The position numbers were made by a program, and so were the translations under genes. From the NCBI GenBank assembly GCA_947085305.1, contig CAMTVV010000132.1:1-36909 (forward strand): DNA of 36,909 nt, given 5' to 3'. The notes under the pieces are model-generated. The model was not told the DNA's origin. It worked only from the letters and a program-made list of their open reading frames with translations, and searched no databases. This stretch comes from an uncultured Nitrospiraceae bacterium. Its GTDB lineage: Bacteria > Nitrospirota > Thermodesulfovibrionia > Thermodesulfovibrionales > UBA9159. Of this stretch, positions 8,299 through 16,597 are shown in pieces. Numbering within the stretch: position 1 is the stretch's first letter; every line of letters begins with the position of its first letter.

Positions 8299-9654
8299 TC
8301 ATCTCAATCCCGATAGTGACGGTGAACTGCATTCCTGACCGAGATGCATTTTTGCCTCGCCGATGGTGTAAAAGGAGCCTGTGATTACGATAAGTGTCTT
8401 CCCGGCGCCTTCGCCTGCCCTTTCCTTTGCAAGATCGATGGCAACTTTCACCGAATCCGTGACCCTCGATCGAAACCCGAGGCTTCCTGCATATTCAGCG
8501 AGCTTCACAGGTGGCGCTGCCCTTTCGTAATCAGGCGCGGTAAAGATAGTCTCTGATGCAAGGGGCAGGAGAGGCTTCATTATCCCTTCCACATCCTTGT
8601 CAGCCATTATTCCCAGTATCAGAATAATCTTTTCATAATGGGAGATAAAATACCCTTTCAGGGAATCGGCAAGCGCCCTTGATGCATCCGGGTTGTGAGC
8701 GCCGTCGATCAGGAAGTCGTAATTGCATCCCTTGTTCTTGATCAGCTCCAGCCTTCCCTGCCATTTCGTAAGGGCAAGACCTTCTCTCACAGAGTCATAT
8801 GAAATGAATTCCTTTTCCATGAGAACCTCAAGAGCCTTTATTGCAACGGATGCGTTCTCCATCTGGTGCATTCCACAGAGAGGTATATAAAGGTCTTCCA
8901 GCCTTTCCTTTCCCTTGTAGTCAAAGGTAATACCATACATATCCATATTCTTTGAGCGGGGGAAAAAGTCCTTTCCATGGGTAAAGAGACTGCTCCCCTT
9001 CTCCGCGGCCTTCCTGCTGATAACTTCCATTGCCTCGGGCTCCTGGGCTGAACAGACCACAGGAATTCCCCTTTTTATTATCCCTGCCTTTTCTCCGGCA
9101 ATCTCCTTCAACGTCTCGCCAAGGAATTCCCTGTGATCGTAGCTGATGTTCGTAATCACTGACACCACAGGGATTAGGACATTGGTTGCATCCAGCCTTC
9201 CACCCATTCCTGTCTCGACTACTGCCCATTCAACCCCTTTTCTCTTGAAATAGAGGAATCCCATGGCAGTCACGAATTCAAAGAAAGTCGGCAGAAACGA
9301 TTGCTGATTGCTGATTGCTGATTGCTGATCGCTTCGTATAACCTCCCTTATCTCCTCCGTGATCTCGACAACTTCTCTTTCCTCTATCTCGATGTTGTCC
9401 ACCTTGATTCTCTCTGTGAAACTCAGAAGATGGGGAGATGTGAAAAGCCCGACCTTGAAGCCGGCAGTCTTCAACACAGAGGCTATCATAGCTGATGTGG
9501 AACCTTTCCCGTTGGTGCCGGCAATGTGGACCGATTTGAACGAATTCTGGGGATTGCCGAGGAGGGACAAGAGTTTTATAGTATTTTCGAGACCAAGCTT
9601 TATGCCGTGCTTCTGCAAGGCATAGAGATATTCGATAGCGCTCGTATAATTCAT
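8299..9654 (-). CDS. folC: Bifunctional folylpolyglutamate synthase / dihydrofolate synthase
   Basis: Mur-ligase-type P-loop (HIAGTNGKGST), ITNISYDHREFLG and DGAHNPD motifs, and typical length. Confidence 0.9.
   Translation of the reverse strand: MNYTSAIEYLYALQKHGIKLGLENTIKLLSLLGNPQNSFKSVHIAGTNGKGSTSAMIASVLKTAGFKVGLFTSPHLLSFTERIKVDNIEIEEREVVEITEEIREVIRSDQQSAISNQQSFLPTFFEFVTAMGFLYFKRKGVEWAVVETGMGGRLDATNVLIPVVSVITNISYDHREFLGETLKEIAGEKAGIIKRGIPVVCSAQEPEAMEVISRKAAEKGSSLFTHGKDFFPRSKNMDMYGITFDYKGKERLEDLYIPLCGMHQMENASVAIKALEVLMEKEFISYDSVREGLALTKWQGRLELIKNKGCNYDFLIDGAHNPDASRALADSLKGYFISHYEKIILILGIMADKDVEGIMKPLLPLASETIFTAPDYERAAPPVKLAEYAGSLGFRSRVTDSVKVAIDLAKERAGEGAGKTLIVITGSFYTIGEAKMHLGQECSSPSLSGLR
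9301..9328 (-). repeat. Perfect tandem heptamer (TTGCTGA)x4 inside the folC coding sequence
   Basis: Read directly from the sequence. On the coding strand it encodes RSDQQSAISNQQS in a linker before the conserved PTFFEF segment. Confidence 0.9.
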
Positions 9655-9670
9655 AATTGACTAATAATTT

Positions 9671-9689
9671 GCCACAGAGTTCACAGAGC
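9671..9689. repeat. CACAGAG-heptad repeat, 3' flank of the GxxExxY gene (GCCACAGAGTTCACAGAGC)
   Basis: Inverted relative to 10068-10092. A third copy lies at 12559-12604. Confidence 0.7.
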
Positions 9690-9697
9690 TTTCAGCG

Positions 9698-10063
9698 TCA
9701 TAAAGAAAATCTCTTGACCCCGTCAATGAGTCTGCCCTCGCCAAAATTGATTAATAGGGCACGCTTAAACCCCGTACTTTTCAGATATGATAAAACCTGT
9801 GCTTTAAAAACATCTTGTATTTTGGACACCGATTTTATTTCAACTATGACCTCTCCGTTCACCACAAGATCAATCCTTTGGCCCTTAATAACGTAGTCCT
9901 TATAAAAAACATCAACCTCTTTTTGTCTCTCAAAAGAAATGCTTCTCAGTGACAACTCATGACATAGTGCCCCTTCATAAACAGATTCAAGCAAACCCGG
10001 CCCGAGAATGCGATGAACTTCTATGGCTGAAGCTATAATCTGCTCCGTTAATTTGTCAGGCAT
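9698..10063 (-). CDS. GxxExxY family protein (PD-(D/E)XK-like fold)
   Basis: Family hallmarks: ASAIEVHRILGPGLLESVYEGALCHEL, RIDLVVNGEVIVEIKSV and LINFG. The start is taken at MPDKLTEQ (10063). The longer ORF to 10123 reads through the CACAGAG repeat (HRGHRVTEK). Confidence 0.85.
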   Translation of the reverse strand: MPDKLTEQIIASAIEVHRILGPGLLESVYEGALCHELSLRSISFERQKEVDVFYKDYVIKGQRIDLVVNGEVIVEIKSVSKIQDVFKAQVLSYLKSTGFKRALLINFGEGRLIDGVKRFSL

Positions 10064-10067
10064 TTTT

Positions 10068-10092
10068 TCTGTGACTCTGTGTCCTCTGTGGC
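10068..10092. repeat. CACAGAG-heptad repeat, 5' flank of the GxxExxY gene
   Basis: The minus strand reads GCCACAGAGGACACAGAGTCACAGA. It is the inverted partner of 9671-9689. Confidence 0.7.
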
Positions 10093-10604
10093 TATGGAAT
10101 ATTTGCTTTGTTCTCAAAGACAAACACGCACTGAAAGTTTACCAGAGACCTGCAAAAAAGTCATGGAGAAAGGGGAATTTCCTTGCAGCGGCGGTCATTT
10201 TTATTATAAAATGCCGCTGACTCTGCGTTTGAGGGAGGGATAAAGGGGGATTAGCTTTCCGGCACACTTTCCTATTGTCTGAAAGCCCTTTCTTCCTGTA
10301 TATTCTATGCAAAGCAGGGGCAAGGCAATTGCTGAGATTGCCCGTGTCGGGACAATTCCAGTCAATCAGCCGCTTTGGATCAATGAATCCTCGCACTTCT
10401 CGGAAGTGCGGGATGAACCTGTAGCCCTATTTTACGGACAAAGACAGGAGGGATGGGATTGAAACTCCATAGGCTGTACGCAGCGGCTTCGTTCAACTTG
10501 CTTCTTTCAGAAATCTCCGCTCTCATGAATACGCCCACCTCTTCTGATCTTATGCCTTCAGAAAGAAGCTTAAATGTTAGCCGCTCATTTTTAGAAATGA
10601 TGCC

Positions 10605-10847
10605 ATGCATATCGCAGTAGCTACTGTTGCAGGTGCGGATTTGTTAGTCAGCTGGAACTTTAAGCATATCGTCCATTTTGAAAAAATCCAAAAATTCAAT
10701 GCTGTAAACATTGAATTTGGATACAAGCCAATTCTTATTTACTCACCAAGATCCTCTCCATACTATCCGGTTCAAAGGTACTGTTGGGAATTTCATCTCC
10801 TATCTATAGTGTTTTACAGTGGCTGGTTATTTATAATGTTTCATTAG
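10605..10847 (+). pseudogene. Remnant of a PIN-like toxin gene (C-terminal part only)
   Basis: NDAMHIAVATVAGADLLVSWNFKHIVHFEKIQKFNAVNIEFGYKPILIYSPR matches the C-terminal block of a PIN-type toxin family as I recall it. An in-frame TAG lies 24 nt upstream of the ATG. The expected N-terminal half is absent or frameshifted. The tail runs about 35 codons past the usual end. Confidence 0.5.
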
Positions 10848-11083
10848 GGGTGGTTTCCGTTATCACAGGAGCAGGGCTATGGAACCTTCGTTCGTGGGCC
10901 ATTTCTCTTGGCGGTCTGATCGCTGCCTCCCACGGTTTTGTTCTCGCTTCACTTATTGTGTTCCTTATGTCCGGTAAAACCGTGGCATACCAGAGCATTT
11001 TGGCAATGCTCTTTCGGACAACGGTATGGATGGGGATTTTCCTTATCGCACGAAAATTCAGGAGAAGTCAATGCGGTTATTAG
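10784..11083 (+). CDS. Small hypothetical membrane protein (about 3 TM helices)
   Basis: The hydrophobic profile is the only evidence. It has a TTG start, no clear RBS, overlaps the PIN remnant tail and converges on nuoN. Confidence 0.35.
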   Translation: MGISSPIYSVLQWLVIYNVSLGVVSVITGAGLWNLRSWAISLGGLIAASHGFVLASLIVFLMSGKTVAYQSILAMLFRTTVWMGIFLIARKFRRSQCGY

Positions 11084-12501
11084 AAACTCATTACTGCTGC
11101 GCGGGCCAGCTCGATGACGCCGGAAGGAAGCACACCGATGATGAGAACAGCCAGGACCGTCACCGCCAGCGCCAGATTGGTTGAGGCTGAAGTGGAGAGA
11201 GCAATCTCTGTCCTCGGCTCCCTCATGTACATATACATCACGATCCTGAGGTAGAAGTAGGCTGATATGGCGCTGAAAATCACTGCCACAAGGGCGAGCC
11301 ATGTATACCCCGCGTCCACCGCTGCCATGAAGAGATAGAATTTCCCCACAAAACCCGCGGTGGGCGGTATCCCGGTGAGGGAGAACATGAATACGAGCAT
11401 GAGGGCCGATGTCAGGGGCTGGGATTTAGCCAGTCCTTCATAGTCGGAGATGGCCTCCCCTTTGAACCCCTCGGTCCTGAGCATAATCACCACGGCAAAG
11501 GCCCCGAGGTTCATAAAGGCGTAGATAAAGAGATAGCTCATCATGCTTGCGATGCCGTTTTCTCCGCCGGCAATGATACCGATGAGGGCATAACCGGCAT
11601 GGGCAATGGATGAATAGGCGAGCATTCTTTTGATGTTTGTCTGTGCGATGGCAAGGATATTGCCCACAGCCATGGTGAGGATGGCGATGGGGATCACTAT
11701 TGCCGCCCAGTCCATCTGGAAATTACCGAAGGCGGTGAAGAACACCCTTCCGAAGACCGCAAAACCCGCTGCCTTTGGCCCCACGGACATGAAGGCTGTG
11801 ACGGAGGTGGGCGCGCCTTCATAAACGTCGGGCGCCCACATATGAAAAGGCGCTGCCGCTATCTTGAAACCGAAGGCCACCACAAAGAGGACCACCGAAA
11901 GCATCAGCGCTGTATTGTTTGTGATGCCCTGCGCCGCAAGATACTGCGCAATGGCCTTGAGGTTCGTGGCGCCGGTAAGTCCGTATATCATAGCCATACC
12001 GTAGAGGAGAAAGGCCGAAGCAAAGGCGCCAAGGAGGAAATACTTCAGCGAGGCCTCATTGGACCTTGTGTCGTGTCTGAAAAACCCTGCAAGCACATAC
12101 AGGCTTAATGCCATCAGTTCCAGACCAAGGTAGAGAACGATGATATCCCCCGCCGATGCCATGATCATCATACCCAGGGTAGCAAAAAGCATGAGACTGT
12201 AATATTCGCCGAAGTTGACCTTCTCGATCTTTATATACTTGATGGAGATGAGTATCGTAAGCGCCAGGCTGATAAGGAAGATGAGCTTGAAAAAGCTGCT
12301 GTAGCCGTCCGCAATGTACATGCCTGAAAATACGGTCCCCGATGAATCCAGTAACGTGAACCCAACAACGCCGGCAGTGATGATACTGAGCAGGGCAGTA
12401 ATCCCCTTCCTCCTGATGAAGAGATCCAGCATCAGGACCACAAGGGCAAGGCTCGCCATAACGAGCTCAGGTATCATCGGCGTTATATCAGGCATCTGCA
12501 T
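11080..12501 (-). CDS. nuoN: NADH-quinone oxidoreductase subunit N
   Basis: Antiporter-like subunit with about 14 TM helices and typical NuoN blocks (KxAAAPFHMWAPDVYEGAPT). The start is set at the ATG 5 nt after GGAGG. The ORF extends to 12513. Confidence 0.9.
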   Translation of the reverse strand: MQMPDITPMIPELVMASLALVVLMLDLFIRRKGITALLSIITAGVVGFTLLDSSGTVFSGMYIADGYSSFFKLIFLISLALTILISIKYIKIEKVNFGEYYSLMLFATLGMMIMASAGDIIVLYLGLELMALSLYVLAGFFRHDTRSNEASLKYFLLGAFASAFLLYGMAMIYGLTGATNLKAIAQYLAAQGITNNTALMLSVVLFVVAFGFKIAAAPFHMWAPDVYEGAPTSVTAFMSVGPKAAGFAVFGRVFFTAFGNFQMDWAAIVIPIAILTMAVGNILAIAQTNIKRMLAYSSIAHAGYALIGIIAGGENGIASMMSYLFIYAFMNLGAFAVVIMLRTEGFKGEAISDYEGLAKSQPLTSALMLVFMFSLTGIPPTAGFVGKFYLFMAAVDAGYTWLALVAVIFSAISAYFYLRIVMYMYMREPRTEIALSTSASTNLALAVTVLAVLIIGVLPSGVIELARAAVMSF

Positions 12502-12558
12502 CACAACCTCCAAATGAAAGCAAGCTCTAAATCCTAATCGATTTCAAAAAAGGTTTTT

Positions 12559-12604
12559 CTCTGTGCTTTCATTCTTCTTTTCTCTGTGACCTCTGTGGCA
12601 GAGA
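12559..12604. repeat. Orphan CACAGAG-heptad repeat in the nuoM-nuoN spacer
   Basis: The minus strand reads CCACAGAGGTCACAGAG...CACAGAG. It is the same motif that brackets the GxxExxY gene. Confidence 0.65.
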
Positions 12605-12649
12605 CTTCTTGCAAGAGCCTCTTTAGCATTTCGATATTAGGGTTTGTTC

Positions 12650-14170
12650 TCATTTCAGGATTCCCATGATCTTTCCGGCAACAGCCACCTCCTGCCCTCC
12701 TGCGTTCAGCCGTTTCAGGAGATTCTCCACCGAGGGGTGCATGAAACTGAGGAACGTATCGGGATAGATGCCGATCCAGAAGACAAGGATCACCATGGGG
12801 AGAAGCGTGATGATCTCCCTCAGGTCCATCTCCTTGAGGCCGACAATCTTCTGATTCGTCTCCATAAAGAAAACCCTCTGGTACAGCCAGAGCATGTATG
12901 CCGCGCCTATTATAATTCCTGTGGCGGCAAGAACGCCTGCCCACTTGCTTGCAGCAAAGCCGCCCAGAATGATGAGAAACTCACCGATAAATCCGTTGGT
13001 GCCCGGCAGTCCGATAGATGCAAGGGTGAATACCATAAAGAACGCTGCATAGACCGGAAGGACAGCAGCGAGTCCTCCGTAGTCGCTTATCTGCCGCGAG
13101 TGAGTACGGTCATAAATGATCCCGACGGAGAGGAACAGTGCCCCTGTTACGATTCCATGATTGATCATCTGGAGGATGCTGCCCTCAAGCCCCTGTGTAT
13201 TCAGCGCAAAGATGCCCAGGGTCACAAACCCCATATGGCTTACCGAGCTGTAGGCGATGAGGCGCTTGAGGTCCGACTGCGCAAGGCATACCACCGCGCC
13301 ATAGATGATAGCGATGACCGAGAGGGTCAGCATCGGAATTGCCATTGCCTTTGCCGCATCAGGGAACAGGGGGATGCTGAATCTCAGGAAACCATAGGCG
13401 CCCATCTTGATCAGCACCGCGGCAAGGATCACGCTGCCTGCGGTGGGGGCCTCGGTATGCGCGTCAGGGAGCCATGTGTGCACCGGAAACATGGGCACCT
13501 TCACGGCAAAGGCCGCAAAGAACGCCCAGAAGAGCCAGAACTGCATCTGATAGGGATAGTTCATGTTCATCAGTTCAAGGATATTAAATGTCTTGCCTGC
13601 ATAGAAATACAGCACGATAATGCCAACAAGCATGAGCACGCTTCCCACAAGGGTAAAGAGGAAAAACTTTATGGCAGCATATATCCTGTTGGGACCGCCC
13701 CAGACCCCGATGAGGAGATACATGGGGATGAGCATCGCCTCCCAGAAGAGATAGAAGAGGAAAAAATCAAGGGATGAGAAGACGCCGATCATGGCGCCTT
13801 CCATTATCAGAATCGCGATGTAGAATTCCTTGAGCTTTGTCTTGATGGAGTTCCATGAGATCAGAACGCAGAGGATCGTGACCAGTGTGCTGAGGAGTAT
13901 GAAAAGGACGCTTATTCCGTCAACCCCCAGGAAATAGTTTATGTTCCATGCGGGAATCCACTGGTGCCTCTCGGTAAACTGCATAAGATGCGTTGTCTTG
14001 TCAAAATCAGTGAACAGGGGAATGGAGAGGATGAAGGCTGCGATGCTCACTGCCAGGGCTACCCATTTTGTCAAAGCCTCCTGACTCCTGCCGATAAGCA
14101 GGATAACAGCCGCGCCCATGAAAGGCAGAAATATCAGGGCGCTGAGAATGGGATAGCCGAGCTCGTTCAT
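12650..14170 (-). CDS. nuoM: NADH-quinone oxidoreductase subunit M
   Basis: Antiporter-like subunit (VKVPMFPVHTWLPDAHTEAPTAGSV). AGGAGG lies upstream. Confidence 0.93.
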   Translation of the reverse strand: MNELGYPILSALIFLPFMGAAVILLIGRSQEALTKWVALAVSIAAFILSIPLFTDFDKTTHLMQFTERHQWIPAWNINYFLGVDGISVLFILLSTLVTILCVLISWNSIKTKLKEFYIAILIMEGAMIGVFSSLDFFLFYLFWEAMLIPMYLLIGVWGGPNRIYAAIKFFLFTLVGSVLMLVGIIVLYFYAGKTFNILELMNMNYPYQMQFWLFWAFFAAFAVKVPMFPVHTWLPDAHTEAPTAGSVILAAVLIKMGAYGFLRFSIPLFPDAAKAMAIPMLTLSVIAIIYGAVVCLAQSDLKRLIAYSSVSHMGFVTLGIFALNTQGLEGSILQMINHGIVTGALFLSVGIIYDRTHSRQISDYGGLAAVLPVYAAFFMVFTLASIGLPGTNGFIGEFLIILGGFAASKWAGVLAATGIIIGAAYMLWLYQRVFFMETNQKIVGLKEMDLREIITLLPMVILVFWIGIYPDTFLSFMHPSVENLLKRLNAGGQEVAVAGKIMGILK

Positions 14171-14222
14171 TAATGGCGCCTCCTGTCGATCACGAAGTTT
14201 AAGCCTTCACTAAAAAATCCTT

Positions 14223-16139
14223 TTACCATAGCAACACCATGGCGATTACCATAAATGCGCCTATGGCCATCACCGCAGCATATTGATGCACCATGCCGGT
14301 CTGGAGACTTCTTAACCACGACGAGAACCTGCCGATGAGGCCCGGGACGCCGTTCACAATGCCTTCGATGATCTTTCCGTCCGTAACGCCCACAATAACG
14401 TTCTTCGCTATCCAGAACGTGGGCCTCACAATAATAAAGTCATAGAGTTCATCAATATAATATTTATTCCACAAAAGCTGATAGATAAAGCTGAACCGCT
14501 GGGAAAGGGTATCGGCTATGGCGCTCTTTCTGAGATATACGAAGGCTGCTGCAGCGATGCCGGTGAAGCCGATGATTACCGAGAGGATAATGACAGCCCA
14601 TTCTTCGGCATGCGTTCCATGGCCCTTGGCATGTCCGACAACGGGTGCGAGGAACTCTGCAAAATGATCGCCGCCGCCGAGAAGAGGCGGTATGCCTACC
14701 CAACCTGAGGCCACTGCGCCGATGCCGAGGATCAGGAGGGGAATGGTCATGATCTTTGGGGATTCGTGAAGATGGCGCTCCTGCTCGTGGGTACCCCTGA
14801 ATTTTCCATGGAACGCGAGGAAGACGATCCTGAATGAGTAGAATGCCGTCAAAAGGGCGGTTAAAGCGCCCAATGCGAATAAGATATGTCCGAGCGGTCC
14901 GGAGGCATATGCCCTCCAGAGGATCTCGTCCTTGCTGAAGAAACCGGCAAGGCCGGGAACGCCCGCAATGCTCAATGAGGCGATAAGGAACGTCCAGTAG
15001 GTCAGCGGCATATGCTTCTTAAGTCCGCCCATTTTCTGAATATCCAACCCCCCTGCCATGGCATGCATGACGCTGCCTGCCCCGAGGAACAAAAGGGCCT
15101 TGAAAAATGCATGGGTATAGAGAAGGAAAATGCCTGCGCTGTAAGCGCCGACGCCGCAGGCAAGGAACATGTATCCAAGCTGGCTCACTGTTGAGTAAGC
15201 GACGATGCGTTTGATGTCGTTCTGCACAAGGGCTATGGTCCCTGCAAAAAGAGCCGTGACCGCACCCACCACCGCAACCGTGTTCATGGCAAAAGGGGAG
15301 AGGTCGAATATGGGACTGCACCGGGCCACAAGAAACACGCCTGCGGTAACCATTGTTGCAGCATGTATCAGCGCGCTCACAGGGGTCGGACCTTCCATGG
15401 CATCCGGCAGCCAGACATGCAAGGGTATCTGGGCCGATTTCCCCACCGCGCCGCAGAAAAGGAGCAAGGCGATGAGGGTGGGGAGATCCACCTCCATGCC
15501 GAGGAAATTCACGGTCTGGCCTGCGATGGTATTCATTGCTCCGAATACCGGGGCATAATGGAGCGTGCCGAAGGTGAGAAACACCATGATCACTCCCAGC
15601 CCGAACCCGAAGTCGCCGAACCTGTTGACGATGAACGCCTTCTTCCCAGCGTCGGAGGCGGACTTCTTCTCATACCAGAAGCCGATGAGGAAATAGGAGC
15701 AGAGACCCACCGCCTCCCACCCGAAATAGAGCTGGAGAAAATTGTTCGACATGACCAGCATCAGCATCGAGAAGGTGAAGAGGCTCAGGAACGAGAAAAA
15801 CCGGTAGTATCCCTTGTCGCCGTGCATGTATCCCACGGAATAGATGTGCACAAGGGAACTTACGGTGGTAACCACGATGAGCATCACCGCGGTGAGCTGA
15901 TCAATGAGAAAACCCACCGAGACCTTGAAGGCGCCGGACGTTATCCAGGTATAGAGGTCCTCATTAATCGTTCTCCCGCCGATAACCTCAAAAAGGGTTA
16001 TCACCGAGATTACCCACGACACCACCACCGCGGGAATGGCAATCCAGTGAGCCTTATCCTTTATCAGGTTCCTGCCGAAAAGGATATTGATAAAAAATGC
16101 GGCCAGTGGGAGAAACGGTATTAAGAGATAGTTATCCAT
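14223..16139 (-). CDS. nuoL: NADH-quinone oxidoreductase subunit L
   Basis: Antiporter-like subunit with a C-terminal lateral-helix extension (GKSAQIPLHVWLPDAMEGPTPVSALIHAATMV). The start is taken at MDNYLLIPF. The 30-codon upstream extension reads through the structured repeat. Confidence 0.92.
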   Translation of the reverse strand: MDNYLLIPFLPLAAFFINILFGRNLIKDKAHWIAIPAVVVSWVISVITLFEVIGGRTINEDLYTWITSGAFKVSVGFLIDQLTAVMLIVVTTVSSLVHIYSVGYMHGDKGYYRFFSFLSLFTFSMLMLVMSNNFLQLYFGWEAVGLCSYFLIGFWYEKKSASDAGKKAFIVNRFGDFGFGLGVIMVFLTFGTLHYAPVFGAMNTIAGQTVNFLGMEVDLPTLIALLLFCGAVGKSAQIPLHVWLPDAMEGPTPVSALIHAATMVTAGVFLVARCSPIFDLSPFAMNTVAVVGAVTALFAGTIALVQNDIKRIVAYSTVSQLGYMFLACGVGAYSAGIFLLYTHAFFKALLFLGAGSVMHAMAGGLDIQKMGGLKKHMPLTYWTFLIASLSIAGVPGLAGFFSKDEILWRAYASGPLGHILFALGALTALLTAFYSFRIVFLAFHGKFRGTHEQERHLHESPKIMTIPLLILGIGAVASGWVGIPPLLGGGDHFAEFLAPVVGHAKGHGTHAEEWAVIILSVIIGFTGIAAAAFVYLRKSAIADTLSQRFSFIYQLLWNKYYIDELYDFIIVRPTFWIAKNVIVGVTDGKIIEGIVNGVPGLIGRFSSWLRSLQTGMVHQYAAVMAIGAFMVIAMVLLW

Positions 16140-16158
16140 ACTCGCTCCATTTCCCCGG

Positions 16159-16281
16159 TTGTCATTCCCGCTTGTCGGGAATCCTTCCCCAAAGGCTTTC
16201 GGAAAATCACAAAAAAAGATTCTGGACAAGCCAGAATGACAGAAACGAATTCGCTAATTTTAAATTTTGCATTTTGCATTC
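16159..16281 (+). repeat. Structured intercistronic repeat, copy B (nuoK-nuoL spacer)
   Basis: TGTCAT ... ATTCCCG-CTTGT-CGGGAAT ... ATTCTGG-ACAAG-CCAGAAT ... ATGACA, then TTTTGCATTTTGCATT. It aligns with 8201-8290. Confidence 0.75.
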
Positions 16282-16293
16282 TTGATTTATCCA

Positions 16294-16596
16294 TCATCCC
16301 TTCATCTCGTTTGCTTCATCCATATGGGCAGTCGCCTTGTTCCTGAAGAGGGCAATAATGATGCCGAGACCTATGGCTGCCTCTGCTGCAGCCACCGCTA
16401 TGATAAAGAACACAAATATCTGCCCTCTCATGTCATCCAGGTAACGGCTGAAGGAGACAAGACTTATGTTCACCGCATTGAGCATGAGCTCTATGGACAG
16501 GAACATGATGATGATGTTCCTCCGCGTCAGAAATCCTGCCACTCCCACAATAAAAACAATTGCGCTCAGCCATAAATACCACTGTAAAGGAATCAT
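16294..16596 (-). CDS. nuoK: NADH-quinone oxidoreductase subunit K
   Basis: 100 aa with 3 TM helices and the conserved membrane glutamates ([18 protein letters not shown]). Confidence 0.93.
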   Translation of the reverse strand: MIPLQWYLWLSAIVFIVGVAGFLTRRNIIIMFLSIELMLNAVNISLVSFSRYLDDMRGQIFVFFIIAVAAAEAAIGLGIIIALFRNKATAHMDEANEMKG

Positions 16597-16597
16597 C

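Noticed and set aside
9301-9328. CRISPR array or other spacer-repeat structure among the many short repeats (also 20997-21060, 21611-21675, 28114-28176)
   Set aside because: The units are 7-9 nt, directly tandem or inverted, with no unique spacers of 25-40 nt and no cas genes. They are hairpin or microsatellite repeats, not CRISPR.
10139-10610. Minus-strand ORFs 10139-10396 (85 aa) and 10380-10610 (76 aa)
   Set aside because: They have no recognisable motifs and no RBS, and they lie in a region that otherwise looks like decayed non-coding DNA next to the PIN remnant. The second overlaps the PIN fragment start in antisense.
12597-12614. Sigma-54 promoter-like TGGCA...TTGCA
   Set aside because: The GG-to-GC spacing is two nucleotides too long for the -24/-12 consensus. 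It is on the strand opposite the operon, and it is part of the CACAGAG repeat.
12644-13777. 377-aa ORF on the plus strand
   Set aside because: It lies entirely antisense to nuoM, which has unmistakable homology. Its product is a His/Asp/Arg/Glu-rich low-complexity sequence, typical of the mirror frame of a membrane protein gene.
15363-16124. 253-aa ORF on the plus strand, plus other antisense ORFs (25208-26083, 27538-28326, 31815-32609, 5004-5546)
   Set aside because: All are shadow ORFs opposite well-supported genes (nuoL, the PHP/GHKL genes, the NuoE/ferredoxin genes, the NuoG-like gene, the polyferredoxin). None has domain-like sequence.
16140-16229. N-terminal extensions of nuoL (to 16229), nuoJ (to 17233), nuoA (to 22165), the GxxExxY gene (to 10123) and the GHKL ATPase (from 25647)
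   Set aside because: The extensions have no homology, run through dispersed repeats or through the preceding gene, and better-placed start codons with RBS-like sequences exist at the homology boundary.
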